Shown here piece after piece: positions 41,515 to 53,418 of a DNA stretch of 64,000 nt (the first letter of the stretch is position 1; every line of letters begins with the position of its first letter). This stretch comes from Eledone cirrhosa (taxonomy: Eukaryota). The position numbers and the translations under genes were made by a program. Location: contig OZ024748.1 in the NCBI GenBank assembly GCA_964016885.1, positions 20,212,001-20,276,000 of the forward strand, in the 5' to 3' direction. Under the pieces are notes generated by a model. That model made no database searches. It saw nothing but the letters and a program-made list of their open reading frames with translations, and was not told the origin of the DNA.

Positions 41515-43743
41515 TAAAAAGAAATTGGCTCGAAAAAGAAATAAGCACGAAGGCTGCATTGTCAGAGGTAGAGTGCGTGCTCTCAGACACTAGGGGACAA
41601 AATCCGTTCAATGGGCCTGGGTGGCAGAGGCGCGTCGTGGCACAAAGCCACGATTCGGTCTTTGGCGAACTATGACAGGCACATGATACTCGATCCCGGG
41701 TAGATGTGTGTGGCTTTTCAGCAACACTTTGCTCAGCTGTTCGGGGGGCAATGGCGAGCCGCATCGCGGAATGGACTTCAGTGCCTACCTCAACGGACTG
41801 CCGCGGCTCTCGGCCACTGAGGCGGAGTGTTGATAACAGCTGCTGAAGTACAAGAGGTAATGACTAGCTGCACAATGGGTAAATCGCCTGGTTTGGATGG
41901 TCTGCCCTACGAATTTTACATACATATGCCAGACTTGTTCGAAGACCTCTTGGCAGACGTCTACTGCAACTGGCAGCAGAACGGAAGAATTCCCAGCTCT
42001 GTGAACCGAGGAGCAGTGACGCTGCTGAGAAAGGATCCGAACAAGGGGGATAACATAGAAAATTTCAGGTCCATAACTCTGCTAAACACAGACTTCAAGA
42101 TTTTGGCTAAGGTGCTAGCAAAGAGGTTGGGGCTTGTCATTGGTGGTCTGGTGGGAGAGGCGCAAACATGCGCCGTTCTATACAGATCCATCCACAACAA
42201 CCTCCATCTCATGCGATACATCGCAGAGAGGGTCGCTAGGGAACCTGGCATGAGTGGGTCTTTGATCAATTTAGATCAGTCAAAAGCTTTCGATAGGGTC
42301 AACCATCGTTATCTGGCAGCAGTCCTAAGAGCAGCTGACTTTGGGCCTGTCTTCAGAGGATGGATTGCTGCCGTACACAGCGACATCTGCTCTGTGGTGA
42401 GAGTGAACAGTCACCTTTCGGAACCGTTCAACATCATGCACTCGATCCGCCAGGGATGTCCTCTCTCATCCTTGTTGTACATATTGACTCTTGAGCCATT
42501 ACTGCACAAACTGGAGACATTGAGGGGGATCCCATGTGAACTAGGATGCGGAAGAACAGTGTCAGCTTATGCAGATGACATCACCGTAGTGGTGTCGAGC
42601 ACCAAACACATCGAGGCAATCGGCACCAGACTAAGAGAATACGAGGTAGTGACAGGAGCAATGATCAATCAGGAAAAATCTGTAGGCCTGCAACTCGGCA
42701 CCTGGAGAAGCAGGTCCATGCCGCCCAACAGCCTCGTCGGGCGCTGGACGGGCTGGTTAAATTGCTAGGGGTTTGGTTCAGTCCGGACCTCCAGATGGAC
42801 AAAAACTGGGAGGAGGTCACGAGCAAGGTGTTTTCTCTCACCCAGAAATGGGCCAAGAGGAAGCTATCTCTGAAAGGTCGAGCAGAGGTGGCGAATGCGT
42901 ACATCGCGTCCGTCATCTACTACCGCCTGACCGTCGTGCCTTGTCCTAAGCCTTGCCAGACTGCACTGAGGCGTTTGCTCTTTCGCTTTTTGTAGAAGGG
43001 ACGTGCTCCGATGGTCAGGCGGTCCATCTGCTGTCAACACTCGCTACGCGGAAGGCTGGACATGCCGTGGCTGATGATGCGCAGACATGCGCTCAGGCTA
43101 CGGCATCTCCACCTCTTCCTCGATGGTGATCAGGTGTGGTCGCCCTTTGCTAGACACATGTTTCCCCAGTTTGTCTCCTTGGCGGAGCTGCAGTCCTGGC
43201 TATCAGCTGAGTCGATCGTGAAGATTGCCCCGCCGCCTTACTTTAGCCGAGAAGAGCAAGCAGTTTTTATCTGCCTGGTGGCCATGGTAAAAGAGATTGT
43301 ATGGTGGACACGTCTGAAAGGGTTAAGGACCGGTACTTTCCTCTTCGGTGACGCCCTCATTAACTTTTTCAGGTTTCATTTGAAGAGGAAAATCAGGGTG
43401 GAGAGGGAAGTGCTGACCTCCAGCCAGTTTGTTGAAAGGTGGGTGAGAGAGGCAAGAATGGCCCGTGTGAGTGGGTCTACCCTGAGCGTGTGCCTGTAGC
43501 ATTGTAGGAGGAAAACTGGAAGAGGGCATTTGCCCTAGCGGTCAGGGTAACCGTGGCTTTTCTTGTGGGCTTTCTCCACGAGCAACCCTCGGAGGTCTCC
43601 CCCCTATTGGGAATTTTTTCATTGTTTCCTTTTGTCACACTCTGTTTTTGTTTTTTTTTACATGCAGAAATGCCCATTTGTATTGTCCTGTGTTGTCCTT
43701 AATGTTATACTTTGTGTCAACCCTTGTGGTTAATAAAGAAAGC
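41515..43743 (+). mobile_element. 5'-truncated, frameshifted L1/Tx1-clade LINE (RT domain in 41827-42768)
   Basis: GKSPGLDGLPYEFY, FRSITLLNTDFKILAK, LDQSKAFDRV, IRQGCPLS, AYADD; continues in 42762-42995 and 43011-43499; AATAAA at about 43732. Confidence 0.92.
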
Positions 43744-43776
43744 ATTTATTATCATTATTATTATTATTATTATTAT

Positions 43777-44032
43777 TACCAGTAATGCACTGGGTAATTG
43801 CTGGCCTTGTGCCTAAAGTAGAAACAATTATTATTATTATTATTGTTATTGTTATTCCTTGAATCTCAGTCATTGATGTTGGTTAACTGGAAAGTCCGTT
43901 GGATTGAATATCAAGCCACTACCTGCAGCCTCAGATATTCAGGACGTATCGGAGGGTTCTTTATTATTATTATTATTATTATTACCAGTAATGCACTGGG
44001 TAATTGCTGACCTTGTGCCTAAAGTAGAAACA

Positions 44033-44077
<45 letters not shown>

Positions 44078-44155
44078 GTTATTACCAGTAATGCACTGGG
44101 TAATTGCTGGCCTTGTGCCTAAAGTAGAAACAATTATTATTATTATTATTATTAT
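43777..44155 (+). repeat. Three copies of the Nin-like SINE 3' tail separated by (TTA)n
   Basis: taccagtaatgcactgggtaattgctggccttgtgcctaaagtagaaacaattatt at 43777, 43983, 44083; matches 39946-39999. Confidence 0.85.
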
Positions 44156-44454
44156 TTACTGTGATTGAATTATTAAATATTGTTATAAACAAACTTACTT
44201 AAAATAAAAGTAAAAATAACAACAAAAGTTCTACAAAGTATATCTATCTAGTCAGCAGAACTAATCATAAAGTGCCTGGTTTCTTTCATGTTGGGAATGT
44301 ATGGCACACACAGTTAAGTAAATCAATACAGGTAAGGTTAGTGTGTATATATGTATATATATATATATAAAACACACACACATATATTAGTTGTTCGCAT
44401 ATTGCTCGGTTTGTTTGTTATTTCACTGTTTTGTTACTGTTTTCTCTTTTCTTC

Positions 44455-44488
<34 letters not shown>

Positions 44489-44551
44489 GAAAATAAAATT
44501 AATGTAAGCAAAATGCCAACAATAATTCAGGCATATAAGTAACTATACCAT

Positions 44552-44602
<51 letters not shown>

Positions 44603-44685
44603 ACATACACATATATTAGTTGTTCGCATATTGCTCGGTTTGTTTGTTTTTTCGCTGTTTTGTTACTGTTTTCTCTTTTCTTCCC

Positions 44686-44716
<31 letters not shown>

Positions 44717-44809
44717 ACATATATATATAAATTATATATATATATATATGTGTGTGTGTGTGCAATAAATACATCACACTGTGTCTTTGACAATATGTGA
44801 AGCCACAAT

Positions 44810-45895
44810 TGATGATATAAGACAATCACACAGTCTGTCACAAGATGTCAAGTTATAACAGATGATATAAGACAATCACAGTCTGTCACAAGATGTCAAG
44901 TTACAACAGATGATATAAGACAATCACACAGTCTGTCACAAGATGTCAAGTTATAACAGATGATATAAGACAATCACAGTCTGTCACAAGATGTCAAGTT
45001 ACAACAGATGATATAAGACAATCACAGACTGTCACAAGATGTCAAGTTACAACAGATGATATAAGGCAATCACACAGTCTGTGACAAGATCTCAAGTTAC
45101 AACAGATGATATAAGACAATCACAGTCTTTCACAAGATGTCAAGTTACAACAGATGATATAAGACAATCACAGTCTGTCACAAGATGTCAAGTTACAACA
45201 GATGATATAAGACAATCACAGACTGTCACAAGAGGTCAAGTTACAACAGATGATATAAGACAATCACAGTCTGTCACAAGATGTCAAGTTACAACAGATG
45301 ATATAAGACAATCACAGACTGTGACAAGATGTCAAGTTACAACAGATGATATAAGGCAATCACACAGTCTGTGACAAGATGTCAAGTTACAACAGATGAT
45401 ATAAGACAATCACAGTCTGTCACAAGATGTCAAGTTACAACAGATGATATAAGACAATCACAGACTGTCACAAGAGGTCAAGTTACAACAGATGATATAA
45501 GACAATCACAGTCTGTCACAAGATGTCAAATTACAACAGATGATATAAGACAATCACAGACTGTGACAAGATGTCAAGTTACAACAGATGATATAAGGCA
45601 ATCACACAGTCTGTGACAAGATGTCAAGTTACAACAGATGATATAAGACAATCACAGTCTTTCACAAGATGTCAAGTTACAACAGATGATATAAGACAAT
45701 CACAGACTGTCACAAGATGTCAAGTTACAACAGATGATATAAGTCAATCACACAGTCTGTGACAAGATGTCAAGTTACAACAGATGATATAAGACAATCA
45801 CAGTCTTTCACAAGATGTTAAGTTACAACCGATGATATAAGACAATCATAATTCCTGTCACAAGATGTCAAGTTACAATAGATGATATAAGACAC
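44810..45895. repeat. 48-50 bp minisatellite, about 22 copies (unrelated to the hairpin module)
   Basis: Unit cacagtctgtcacaagatgtcaagttacaacagatgatataagacaat. Confidence 0.95.
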
Positions 45896-46199
45896 TCAGA
45901 TTGTCTCCCAACATATTTTGATGTAAGAGTATTTAAAGCTATGTCATAAATACTAATTTAATAATGAAATAACTAATAACTTTAGTAAATCACTACAAAT
46001 TCTTCATTGATTAATTGAAAAACAGTGTGTTTCATTAGAAATATTATCAAAGTGCTAGTAATGAAATGATTAATAATGTTAGTAACTTCCTCCAAATTCT
46101 TCATTAATTAATTGAAATACAGGTTATTTCATAAGAAACATGGTTAAAAGAAGAGTATTAATAGGTAGGAAATGGATTCTGGCTGCTTGTATTTGTGAC

Positions 46200-46355
46200 T
46201 GTTTTAGTTTATTACCTGACATTCATGACCATGAGTAAGAAGAGGAAGCACAAACACTGAATTGAAAACAGCAAACTTAGCTTTTACACCTACCTACATT
46301 TTTCTGAAGACAAACTGCTGTTGCTGGTACATTATTGCACCAGCTGCAGCAAAGT
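46200..46355 (-). pseudogene. Ancient RTE fragment
   Basis: Minus strand AAAGAIMYQQQQFVFRK.. / VKAKFAVFNSVFVLPLLTHGHECQVI resembles RTE GAASAVMR..KAKL.IY.S..VPTLTYGHE.WV. Confidence 0.6.
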
Positions 46356-47558
46356 GAATTTACAATTGAAAAGATGAGAGAATTGGTGTTATCAGTCTAC
46401 AAGAACTACTGTAGGTTCAGCAAAACTTTGATGCATCAGTTTGGCTGAATCAGTTAACCAAATTTTTAACAGCATGTCACTTGAATTCTTTTTTATTTTT
46501 ATTTTTTTCTATTGAAACATACTGAGTTGTGGAATTTGTAAAGAAGATTCTTCAAATACAAGTTCTTCTTCCATTCAAGATTAGAAGCTTTGTTTAGTTT
46601 ATATGACAAAACATGGTAGCCAATCTTAAAGGCCATCAAAGAAAATTTATTGGGGAGAGGAAGAAGAAAAAAAACTACAAAAAAAAAACAAAACATAAAC
46701 AAAACAAAACATATAAAACATATAAATAAAAAAAAAAGAAACAAGCTAAAGAAAAGCAATGGTTGGTATCAGTGAAGGAGAATGTCATGTTGGAAATGTT
46801 AAGAATATTGAAATAGTTACAGAGCATTCTCAATGTGTGTGTTTCAGAATGTGTGTCAATGCATGTGTATTTGTGTGTGTGTTTGTCTGTATGTGTGTGT
46901 TTCAGAATGTGTGTCAATGCATCTGCATATGTGTGTGTGTGTGTGTGAAAGTGTGCATGTTTCAGAATGTCTGTGTGTTTCAGAATGTGTGTCAATGCAT
47001 GTGTATATGTGTGTGTGTAGGTTTGTCTGTCTGTGTGTGTGTGTGCGTGTGCGTATGTGTGTGTTTCAGAATGTGTGTCAATGCATCTGTATATATGTGT
47101 GTGGGGGTTTGTCTGTCTGTGTGTGTATGTGTGTGAGGGTTTCAGAATGTGTATCAATGCATGTGTATATGTGTGTGTGGGTTTGTGTGTATGTGTATGT
47201 GTGTGTTTCAGAATGTACGTCAATGCATGTGCATATGTGTATGCACTTGTCTGTGTATGTTTGTGTGGGTTTGTCTGTGTATGTGTGTGTTTATGAGTGT
47301 GTAAGTGTGGGTTTGTGTGTATGTGTGTATGCATGTGTAAGTATTTGTATGTTTGTGTGTGTGTTTGTGTCTATGTGTGACTGTGTGTATATGTGTGTGT
47401 TTCTGAGTGTATATATACATATGTTTGTGTATGGTTGAGTATATTTGCATGTTTGTGAGTGTGTATGTATGCATGTGTTTGTGTGAGTATATTTTTTGTA
47501 TTTGTATGTGACTATACTTTATTATTTTATATATATGAACGCATATATATAAATATAT

Positions 47559-47605
<47 letters not shown>

Positions 47606-47861
47606 TACATACATATATATATCTGTGTGTTTGTGTGTGTGTGTATGTGTATATATGTGTATATATATATGTATGTATATATGTATACATATGTACACAT
47701 GTGTATATATATATATATCTATCCATACACACACACACATATGATCCCTTATAGATAGATAGATTGTTTGCTTATGTGGAAATTACACTAGCAGCTGTGA
47801 AGCACCTGTTATTTACAAGTATTATATAACTAAATGAAATATCACATGATCCCAGCCAACT

Positions 47862-47909
47862 AAACCTGATGAAACAAAGCTTAAAATAATTGTGAAACCA
47901 GAGTTGTTT
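47862..47909 (+). ncRNA. Minimal type I hammerhead ribozyme candidate
   Basis: AAAC-CTGATGA-A-ACAA..TTGT-GAAA-C-CAGA-GT-T-GTTT; short stems, GUU triplet. Confidence 0.5.
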
Positions 47910-48030
47910 GTTTGTCAACTTAAACTCTAATCAAGTTGGGGGTTTAACTCCCAGAATTCCTCTACAACAACACTGGTTGTGTTTTAAAAGCAAACCTTAT
48001 AGTATTATGCAAACAATACCAAAAATATAA

Positions 48031-48082
<52 letters not shown>

Positions 48083-48416
48083 AAACCTGTTGAGAAAGTG
48101 GCTTCCTTGTTCAATCATCTTACCAGAAGCCTGACATTATTTATGTAAGCGGACGGTACTTGATTTAGGAGCCGCAGAAACCCATATACTGGATTTTACC
48201 AACCTTCCAGGGGTCCTGGTAAATTTTCAATACCCGAATTACTTGATCGTTTTTTTTGGCTATGCGAATAATTGTTTAACCATCGTCTCAGTGTGTTCGG
48301 CCTTTAACGTTTGTTATAGCTCTGGTTCATCTGAACCATTGAGCACTTGCCACACATCTTGGATGTTGTTTTTCCTTATTTCTTGGGCCGAAATGCGAAT
48401 CTCGATAATTTATGTT

Positions 48417-48472
<56 letters not shown>

Positions 48473-48568
48473 TATATCATCATCATCATCATTTTACATC
48501 TGCTTTTCCCTGCTTGCAAGGGTATATATATACACACACACACATATATATATATATTATATATACAT

Positions 48569-49933
48569 ATAATCAGAGAGAGAATTGACCTAGATGAAAT
48601 GCAGTTCGGGTTTGTGTCAGGCAAAAGTACCACAGACGCTCTTTTCATAGTACGACAACTACAGGAGAAGTACCTAGCTAAAGGTAAACCCCTCTACTTA
48701 GCTTTTGTCGACTTGGAGAAAGCCTTCGACAGAGTCCCCCGCTCCATTATCTGGTGGGCTCTTAGAAAACTAGGCGTTGACGAATGGCTTGTGAGGGCTA
48801 TACAAGCCATGTATAAAGAAACAGTCAGCAAGGTTAGAATTAACAACGAATATAGTGAAGAGTTTAGCGTAAAAGTTGGCGCCCATCAGGGCTCTGTTCT
48901 CAGTCCACTACTATTTATTATTGCCCTTCAGGCTATAACAGAGGAGTTCAAGACAGGCTGCCCATGGGAACTCCTATACGCAGACGACCTGACACTCATA
49001 GCGGAATCAATGGCCGAGCTAGAGAAGAAATTCCAAACATGGAAGCACGGCCTAGAGTCAAAAGGACTTAAAATTAACCTGGCTAAGACCAAAGTACTAG
49101 TTTGTAGGAAAGAAAACAAGGCGGCGGTCCCTTCTGGGAAATGGTCGTGCTCGGTGTGTAGGAAAGGCGTAGGTAGAAACTCCATTTTATGTCCTAAATG
49201 CAAAGTATGGGTGCATAAAAGATGTAGTGGGATCACAGGTAAGCTAACTAAGAACATAGATTTTACATGTGGCCGGTGCTCTGGTGCAATAAGTAGCAGC
49301 AAGTGCCCACAAACTACTAGCTCTTTCAATTGCGCAGAGGGTTCTATAGAAATAGTGGACAGCTTCCGTTACCTGGGCGATAAAATCAGCAGTGGGGGAG
49401 GGTGCTCTGAAAGTACTGTAGCTAGAGTCAGAACTGGTTGGAAAAAGTTCAGAGAGCTTATACCACTATTAGCTGCTAAAGGGTTCTCACTAAAAATGAA
49501 AGGCAGGTTGTACGATGCCTGCATACGAACAGCAATGCTGCATGGCAGTGAGACCTGGGCATTGTGTGCAGAGGATATACGCAGACTAGAGAGGAACGAA
49601 GCTTGCATGCTCCGCTGGATGTGTAACAGTAATATACGTGAACGGCAAAGCATAAACGAACTAAGGAAAAAATTAGAGATAAGAGGGATCAGATGTTGTT
49701 TACTCGAGAGAAGGCTACGTTGGTATGGACACGTGATGCGCATGAAAGTCGATAGCTGTATAACAAAGTGCAGGGCAATAAAGATAGACGGTAGTCACGG
49801 AATAGGCAGACCTAGAAAAACCTGGGACGAGCTGATAAACTCCGACATCACACACTTACACCTCTCCAAGACAATGTCACTGGACCGAGACCTTTGGCGG
49901 TACTCAGTAACAGAGAAGACCCGCCTTACCTAA
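48569..49933 (+). CDS. RTE family B ORF (5'-truncated): reverse transcriptase plus PHD-like Cys/His finger
   Basis: QFGFVSGKSTTDA, FVDLEKAFDRV, HQGSVLSPLLF, LLYADD, CSVC..CPKC..HKRC..CGRC, RLRWYGHV; about 454 codons without a stop. The upstream part of the listed ORF is microsatellite. Confidence 0.93.
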   Translation: MIRERIDLDEMQFGFVSGKSTTDALFIVRQLQEKYLAKGKPLYLAFVDLEKAFDRVPRSIIWWALRKLGVDEWLVRAIQAMYKETVSKVRINNEYSEEFSVKVGAHQGSVLSPLLFIIALQAITEEFKTGCPWELLYADDLTLIAESMAELEKKFQTWKHGLESKGLKINLAKTKVLVCRKENKAAVPSGKWSCSVCRKGVGRNSILCPKCKVWVHKRCSGITGKLTKNIDFTCGRCSGAISSSKCPQTTSSFNCAEGSIEIVDSFRYLGDKISSGGGCSESTVARVRTGWKKFRELIPLLAAKGFSLKMKGRLYDACIRTAMLHGSETWALCAEDIRRLERNEACMLRWMCNSNIRERQSINELRKKLEIRGIRCCLLERRLRWYGHVMRMKVDSCITKCRAIKIDGSHGIGRPRKTWDELINSDITHLHLSKTMSLDRDLWRYSVTEKTRLT

Positions 49934-50328
49934 ATATATAGTAAAACCTACTCCAGCCAGTAGGCATCTCTAACAAAATACACCCCGTCCCACCACCACC
50001 ACCCCCACCCGATCCACACCACCCCGTTCTATGTAAAGTTATGTTGGTGCCGCGCCATCGAGGCCGAAACAAATGAGATCGTGTAGGTGTCACGACAAAA
50101 AAACACACAGTCCACGCTGTAATGTGGCCGTGTAGGCAACACGGTAAAAACCTCCCAGACCCACACTGTAAATGTGGTTGGTGTTAGGAAGGGCATCCAA
50201 CTGTAGAAAACCTGCCAGACAGTCCTATGCGAGCAAGACAATCACTCTTGCCTCAAGTGGGACTACCCCCGTCCAAACCCATGCAAGCGTGGAACACGGA
50301 CGTTAAACGTTGATGATGATGATGATGA

Positions 50329-50332
<4 letters not shown>
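48569..50332 (+). mobile_element. RTE LINE family B including roughly 380-nt 3' UTR and (GAT)n tail
   Basis: Same ORF-UTR junction seen at 22628 and 62743; (TA)n on both flanks. Confidence 0.95.
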
Positions 50333-50370
<38 letters not shown>

Positions 50371-50494
50371 ATTTGGTATTGTACTAAAGACTTCTTACAC
50401 AATCACACACAGCTACTTTGGATCACCCAATCTTCCATGAGATACACCGACATACTGGAAACTTGGGTGACCTCGAAGTTGGCATAGATAGATA

Positions 50495-50795
50495 TGTTTC
50501 TTTATTAGCCACAGGGGCACAAAAGAAGGGGACAAATACAAAGGGGGAAGTTTACATACAATAAAAACGTGTAAAATGTTTTCACAAATGCAATTTAAAA
50601 AATTAGTCGATTTTCCCCAATAGGGGGAGACAGTTTATATGGGTAACACATACCCCCGAAATGTGCTCCAGGAGTACGAAGAGTTTGTACTCCTTTCCTC
50701 TCCTCCTCCTTTTCCTCAACCTACAGGCTGATATAGAGAGAAGGCCCATTCACTCGGGCCATTCTCGCCACGTTCACCCACCTTTCATAAAACTT
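50495..50795 (-). mobile_element. 3' end of a related L1/Tx1 element with 13-bp target-site duplication
   Basis: Minus strand KFYERWVNVARMARVNGPSLYISL* vs QFVERWVREARMARVSGSTLSVCL*; ends aataaagaaa; gcatagatagata at 50482-50494 and 50796-50808. Confidence 0.85.
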
Positions 50796-50851
50796 GCATA
50801 GATAGATAGATAGACAGTTATATAAATAGGTTATATGTACTGTGATATCCT

Positions 50852-51187
50852 ATGACTTAGTGGTTAGAACTTTGGTCTTGCAAATGCGAGGTTGTAAATT
50901 CAATTCTCAGAGCGAGTGATGCATTGTGTCCTTGAGCAAGACACTTTATTTTCACGTTGCTCCAGTTTACTCAGCTGTAGAAATGAGTTACTACGTCACT
51001 AGTGTATTGGCTATTACCTTTCTCTTAGACAACATTAGTGGCATGGAGAGGGGAGACTGATATGCATGGGCGACTGCTGGTCTTCCACAAACAATCTTGC
51101 CCAGACTTGTGCCTCGGTGAGAAACTTTCTAGGTACAAATACCATGGTCTTTCATGGCTGAAGGGGGTCTTTACCCTTTACCCTTTT
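50852..51187 (+). mobile_element. SINE with the same head as 25126 but different body and (TTTACCC) tail
   Basis: Shared to ctcagctgtagaaatgag then diverges; ends tctttaccctttacccttt. Confidence 0.75.
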
Positions 51188-51439
51188 TGTGATGTATGGT
51201 GGTGTGGTTCAGGGATTTTGCTTTGCAACCACACGGTTTCCGGTTCAGTCGCACTAAGTGGCACAAGGAGACAACAAGTCTATAATACAGTGTTAAATAG
51301 TCAACAAATCCACATTGTACAAACATCTCCAACAGTCTACAAGTCCACAGTCTATAATTGTCTCACCATCAGTTAGTTAGTGAAATAATAAATCAGTTAA
51401 CTAACAACTGAAAACATTTCACACCACTATCACAAGGAC

Positions 51440-51860
51440 TGTAATACAACATGGTAGATATTGTATCAAACAAGATATTCCTTATACACTACATGGTAAA
51501 TATATTCTATCAAACAAGACCCTATAGACTACATGATGGATATATTCTATCAAGCAAGACACTATACACTACATGGTGGGTATTCTCTCAAACAAAACAC
51601 TATACACTGCATGGTGAATATATTCTGTCAAACAAGACATTCTCTATACACTACATGATAGCTATAGTCTAACAAATAATACACAATACACTACATAGTA
51701 GATATTGTATCAAACAAGACATTCTCTATACACTACATGGTAGATATTCTATCAAACAAGACATTCCCTCTATACCACATGGTGGATATATACTATCAAA
51801 CAAGACATTCCTTATATACCACATGGTGGTTATATACCATGGAGCAAGGCATTCTCTATG
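51440..51860. repeat. About 42-bp minisatellite, about 10 copies
   Basis: tacactacatggtagatattctatcaaacaagacattctcta. Confidence 0.8.
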
Positions 51861-52295
51861 AGGATGAGGAAACAACTAGTATTTAATGTTTTGATGGTTA
51901 TCTTATCATTTGTTACTTTCTTGAAATAACAAAATATGTGAAACACCAAAAATAGCTGTGGTTATTCCCAAAATAACCTTGATTATTCCCAAAATAGCAA
52001 AAATAATCCTTTACTGAACTAGAGTCTAAAGGAAATTCTCTATGAAAGTTAATAATAATAATAATGCTATCTTTATTTACTCAACAATGATAATGTTTCC
52101 TTTGTTTCCCCACAAAAACAAATAGAAGAGGGGGGGGGGGGGCAGATGGAATACTTAGAAATTTAACAGATACAGGCTGTGTGACATTGATAGAAAACTA
52201 CAGACACATTCATACATATATATGGGTATGTATGCGTATGTATACACACACACACATATATATATATACACATACATATATACACACACACACAC

Positions 52296-52344
<49 letters not shown>

Positions 52345-52349
52345 CACAA

Positions 52350-52396
<47 letters not shown>

Positions 52397-52437
52397 TATG
52401 TTTTTAAAATCCACTGTCAATAAATACACCACGATTT

Positions 52438-52498
52438 TTTCGTTCTGATGACTGAAAGCAAATTTTGCTTGCTTTCAAGAAACCACTGGTAAATGAAA
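52438..52498 (+). ncRNA. Type I hammerhead ribozyme
   Basis: Stem I TTTCGTT/AATGAAA; CTGATGA 52445-52451; perfect 9-bp stem II TGAAAGCAA/TTGCTTTCA closed by a C-A mismatch; GAAA 52479-52482; stem III ACCA-C-TGGT; GUA triplet ending 52491. Confidence 0.8.
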
Positions 52499-52686
52499 TA
52501 ATTATCTCATGTTGTTTATTACATAACTAATAAGCTCTGTAACCTACATAGAGCACTCTTTTTTCCTGGACCTTTCCAACGGAATTACTTCATTTAAGTT
52601 GATATATATATATAAAAAATGATATATAAATGTATATATATATATAGGATGATATATATATATAGGATGATATGTATATATATATA

Positions 52687-53169
52687 TCTAAACTATAATA
52701 AAGGAAGGTCTGAGGGATTGCGTACGGTTTTTTTTTTTTTATCCCGTTTGTAAAATAAGTTGGATTACTTTGAATAAATAATGAATGAATATTACATAAT
52801 TTATCTACTAAATTTCATGGCTGTTCATTAAATATATTTTGTTTATTTAAAGATTCACTTCTTTAAAATTTCTGAAATTTCAACACTTCCGGTTGGCATC
52901 GCTTAAATAAACATAGTAATTTTCCGTTACTAATTTTCTCCTAATGCAGTTTATATATAATATCGTCTTTTTTAATGTATCATGGATTACGTTACTGATT
53001 ACATAAGACAGTGAAACGCAGTCTTCATTCAATGTCTATGTATTATATATTGTCAATTACAATTGTATTTGATGTATCATATCTACATGTATATATACCT
53101 GCGTATAATATCAATATACACACTACACATGCTACCAGAAAACCACCCTTCGGGTGGTTTTTCTGCTAG
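52687..53169 (+). mobile_element. Non-autonomous Helitron
   Basis: A|TC 5' end (tctaaactataataaag), subterminal hairpin AAAACCACCC-TTC-GGGTGGTTTT, 3' CTAG|T, inserted at an AT in (TA)n. Confidence 0.8.
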
Positions 53170-53174
53170 TATAT

Positions 53175-53408
53175 ATAATTATTCAGTTGAAGAAAGTTGG
53201 TTGATCAAAAATCTGCCAACCTTTTCTTAAACAGACATGAATCACTTCACAGCTTGTATTCCTTAGGATTTTCTCTGTAAAGTATCGTCTTGAGTTTTAG
53301 TATAATAAATAAGAGACAGTTTTATTCATACATCTTTATTTTATTATCTCGTTCATAATAATAAAATGAAGATGTACGAATAAAGCGATCTCTCTTATTT
53401 GTTATATA
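53175..53408 (-). mobile_element. Deleted, inverted-end copy of the unclassified repeat at 63077-63415
   Basis: 53178-53287 is the reverse complement of about 63304-63412; 53301-53345 and 53357-53406 form an imperfect inverted repeat matching 63077-63123. Confidence 0.7.
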
Positions 53409-53418
53409 TATATATATG

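Noticed and set aside
44250-44337. Possible plus-strand exon ending CAG|GTAAGG
   Set aside because: No polypyrimidine acceptor and no recognisable peptide
46208-46343. Two apparent minus-strand micro-exons with GT/AG signals
   Set aside because: The intervening intron would be only about 41 nt and the translation matches RTE ORF motifs
48347-48568. N-terminus of the 528-aa ORF
   Set aside because: Microsatellite plus an inverted short RTE tail fortuitously in frame; not part of the LINE protein
53136-53165. Rho-independent terminator-like hairpin with T run
   Set aside because: Followed directly by CTAG|T with a TC 5' end upstream; better explained as a Helitron 3' hairpin
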